Origin: a virus
Lineage: Duplodnaviria > Caudoviricetes
Direction: 5' to 3' (one strand)
Virus record (IMG/VR): IMGVR_UViG_3300030376_003857
Span: 1-55,212 of that record
Length of the DNA stretch: 55,212 nt
Position 1 is the stretch's first letter, and each line of letters starts with the position of its first letter. Shown one piece after another: positions 53,250 to 55,212 of this stretch. The position numbers and the translations under genes are program-made. Under the pieces are notes generated by a model. That model saw only the letters and a list, made by a program, of their open reading frames with translations. It was not told where the DNA came from and ran no database searches.

Positions 53250-53512
53250 ATCTTTATTAGTTTTTGCATTCTTGCTTCAACTTCCATAGTTGTATCGTCA
53301 GTTAGTTCATATATGTCACGAGTTTTGAAGAATTTTGGTAATGCTTCGTTTGCGTATGAACCAATGTAAGCTGTTCCCATACAATAAAACAATGTGTAAC
53401 TCTTGTCATCAGCTGTCAGTCTAATTGATAACATCCTATCGTGTTCAGTTGATGCAAATGTCTCTTTAGCTTTAGCTTTAGCTAATTCAAATATTTTTTT
53501 CGAAGGTTTCAT
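53246..53512 (-). CDS. Early hypothetical protein (MKPSKK N-terminus)
   Basis: ATG at 53512 shares its 5' sequence with the neighbouring gene. Confidence 0.65.
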   Translation of the reverse strand: MKPSKKIFELAKAKAKETFASTEHDRMLSIRLTADDKSYTLFYCMGTAYIGSYANEALPKFFKTRDIYELTDDTTMEVEARMQKLIKI

Positions 53513-53753
53513 AATAATCATGGTCTAGGTCATTTATATCAAATAGTGTAGTACATAATGCGTTTTGCAATCCCTTTTCAAATGCTAATGGTTCTTTATT
53601 ACATGATTGTCTATGAGCATCTGCTCTTTGTTTAGATTTCTCTATATCATCTTGAATACGAGTTATTAGCTCTTGCTTGAATTTCTCATACATATCGTAG
53701 GTAGAAATTCTTTTCGCTTTATCTAATTTTAATGCTTTTTTTGAAGGTTTCAT
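53487..53753 (-). CDS. Early hypothetical protein (MKPSKK N-terminus)
   Basis: ORF track; shared N-terminus. Confidence 0.65.
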   Translation of the reverse strand: MKPSKKALKLDKAKRISTYDMYEKFKQELITRIQDDIEKSKQRADAHRQSCNKEPLAFEKGLQNALCTTLFDINDLDHDYYETFEKNI

Positions 53754-53755
53754 AA

Positions 53756-53899
53756 TTAATGTCTATTACAAGGTTTATAACCACGTTTTGCAAGTTTTGC
53801 ATTACGCTTACTATGGGCTTTGTAGTCATACCCACGATGCTGTGTTGAACAACTACCTAAGAATAAGGTAGCTATGCTTAGTATCAATAGTTTTCTCAT
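53756..53899 (-). CDS. Small lipoprotein (47 aa; not in ORF track)
   Basis: MRKLLILSIATLFLGS-C lipobox, basic mature part. Confidence 0.7.
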   Translation of the reverse strand: MRKLLILSIATLFLGSCSTQHRGYDYKAHSKRNAKLAKRGYKPCNRH

Positions 53900-54015
53900 T
53901 ATCCAAAGTGATTCCAAATGAATATTGCGATGTAAGAAATTCCCATAAGTACAAGGAACACCATCAATGAATCTGAACCATGTTGGTCTACGTCTGTTTT
54001 TTTTCTGCGTTTCAT
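53899..54015 (-). CDS. Small single-TM membrane protein (38 aa; not in ORF track)
   Basis: MKRRKKTD...LMVFLVLMGISYIAIFIW; TAATG coupling to the lipoprotein gene. Confidence 0.6.
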   Translation of the reverse strand: MKRRKKTDVDQHGSDSLMVFLVLMGISYIAIFIWNHFG

Positions 54016-54038
54016 AATTACTTGCTTTGTTTTGTTTT

Positions 54039-54054
54039 GTGTCTTCGAAGACAC
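54039..54054. repeat. 16-bp palindrome GTGTCTTCGAAGACAC, 23 nt upstream of ATG 54015
   Basis: exact, intergenic. Confidence 0.97.
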
Positions 54055-54061
54055 TTTTTTT

Positions 54062-54109
54062 TAGTGGGTGCTTAGGACTCGAACCTAAATTGACCGTCTC
54101 GCACCCTAC
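54062..54109 (-). ncRNA. tRNA-like minihelix (acceptor-like stem plus T-arm only)
   Basis: GGGTGC-gagacggtcaat-TTAGG-TTCGAGT-CCTAA-GCACCC-A. Confidence 0.5.
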
Positions 54110-54112
54110 AAC

Positions 54113-54295
54113 CTATAGGTTGTCAATAATCTCCTCCGCTTTCAGTCTAGCGTAAGTCAATCTCTGAATATACGTACCCATCTTTTGGGGTGAAGGAAGA
54201 CCAACTGTGAAGTCTTCCGTTTTATACTCGCTTTGCTTCCTCATAATCGCTCCCGCAATCATTCCGATATGGTATCTCTTTGTTCTCTGATTCAT
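54113..54295 (-). CDS. Early hypothetical protein
   Basis: 60-aa ORF, ATGA-coupled to the upstream ORF. Confidence 0.55.
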   Translation of the reverse strand: MNQRTKRYHIGMIAGAIMRKQSEYKTEDFTVGLPSPQKMGTYIQRLTYARLKAEEIIDNL

Positions 54296-54450
54296 GTCGT
54301 TTTACTTTTTAGTTCTTCAAAATTTTGTACGATTATTTCGCATATCTCCCATAGCACTTCCTGTGAGTACCCATCTAAGTAGGTAAGGATATCTTGCTGT
54401 GTTTGTTCTTTGGTCTCGTTCATGACCTTATATAGCTCTCTCTTTGTCAT
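54292..54450 (-). CDS. Small early hypothetical protein (52 aa; not in ORF track)
   Basis: MTKRELYKVMNETKEQTQQDILTYLDG...; starts right after the 54452 stop. Confidence 0.55.
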   Translation of the reverse strand: MTKRELYKVMNETKEQTQQDILTYLDGYSQEVLWEICEIIVQNFEELKSKTT

Positions 54451-54451
54451 A

Positions 54452-55111
54452 TTACATCTGTGTTACAAGTACTTGTAGTAGCTCAATTGCCTTTAGGATA
54501 TCATCCTTATCACTTTTGGTATGGATGACAAGGTCATCTTCAATCGTTAAGTTAACCTTCTCAAGGTCTGCGTATTTATCCTCCTTCATCATCTGCGCTC
54601 CTTTGAACACAAACGAGAATATGGTCTGGGACTTATTCGAATCTTTACCTTCGCCGTCACCTTCGCCGTCGGTCTCGTCTTCAATTTTGTCAAGTATATC
54701 GGAAGACGTCATTCCATCTTCAACTTCTCCGACAGCCTTGGCAAATTTCAATAGCTCCGCAATCGATAGCTTCTCAGCGTTTGCTCGGAATGTATCTAGC
54801 ACAATCTCTTCAACAGCGTTAGCCTTTATCAATTTGTATGCGTATGACTTCTGCATACCGAATGCCTTGTTGATGAATGTCTCCTTGTTCCAATCTAGTC
54901 CACTGTCCTCTAGTCTAGCCTTCGCCGCATCACTACTGAACCATTCAACTCCTTCGCTGACAATTTGCGCTAGTTCTAAGGATGTGTTGAACCTTTTTTC
55001 TGTTGCGCTCTGAACGGTAGCTTTCAATTTGTCTAGCTTAGTTAACTTCAGTGCTCTCTTTACGCTTGCATCATTCAAGAATGCCTGTTCTACTGTTTCT
55101 GTGTTACTCAT
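54452..55111 (-). CDS. First early gene; putative HTH DNA-binding protein
   Basis: W..ETFINKAFGMQKSYAYKLIKA resembles an HTH recognition helix; acidic linker; palindrome in its leader. Confidence 0.65.
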   Translation of the reverse strand: MSNTETVEQAFLNDASVKRALKLTKLDKLKATVQSATEKRFNTSLELAQIVSEGVEWFSSDAAKARLEDSGLDWNKETFINKAFGMQKSYAYKLIKANAVEEIVLDTFRANAEKLSIAELLKFAKAVGEVEDGMTSSDILDKIEDETDGEGDGEGKDSNKSQTIFSFVFKGAQMMKEDKYADLEKVNLTIEDDLVIHTKSDKDDILKAIELLQVLVTQM

Positions 55112-55212
55112 AATTACTTGTTTTATGTGTCTTCGAAGACACGTTATATATTTATGTTTTAATTGTGAATCCTTTAACGGGATTCAATCGGTTTTGTTAC
55201 CTGTATTTCGTT
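54960..55212. repeat. Right copy of terminal overlap
   Basis: aligns with 1-188 and 393-452. Confidence 0.95.
55127..55142. repeat. 16-bp palindrome GTGTCTTCGAAGACAC, 15 nt upstream of ATG 55111
   Basis: exact. Confidence 0.97.

Noticed and set aside
54062-54109. Functional tRNA gene
   Set aside because: No D arm or anticodon arm; kept only as a tRNA-like element
54444-55013. 189-aa plus-strand ORF and other antisense ORFs in the track
   Set aside because: Ser/Leu/Phe-rich shadows of real genes on the opposite strand
168-55142. 16-bp palindrome as CRISPR repeat, host parS, or small mobile element
   Set aside because: Copies are mostly kilobases apart with no spacer array or cas genes; the sequence differs from the parS consensus TGTTTCACGTGAAACA; no target-site duplications were noticed and reading frames are intact

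Overview
Essentially one complete ~55-kb genome of a tailed, probably short-tailed (podovirus-like) phage of a Bacteroidetes host. The host call rests on TAnnTTTG -7 promoter boxes and A-rich, SD-less translation starts. The ends overlap: 1-452 repeats 54960-55212, but as two different alleles. A rightward late block (1.2-39.3 kb) encodes GroEL, two GroES-like proteins, a lysis module, terminase, portal, scaffold, major capsid protein, tail proteins and a 2907-aa ejected polyvalent protein. A leftward early/replication block (39.3-55.2 kb) encodes a metallophosphoesterase, two DnaA-domain-IV-like proteins, VRR-NUC, an SF2 helicase, a VirE-N primase-helicase, SSB, an exonuclease, a Sak-like annealase and many small early ORFs. 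I recognised no integrase, DNA polymerase, RNA polymerase or CRISPR array. The main unexplained signal is a 16-bp palindrome, GTGTC(T/C)TCGA(A/G)GACAC, with 12 exact copies plus degenerate ones. It lies inside essential genes in all three reading frames, at the core of two identical hairpins, and just upstream of early genes, including a candidate HTH binder. This suggests a genome-wide DNA-binding-site system. Other oddities include twin iteron origin-like elements, an armless tRNA-like minihelix, face-to-face promoter pairs and a T-poor GACG repeat tract. All protein calls come from motif recognition by eye, not database searches.
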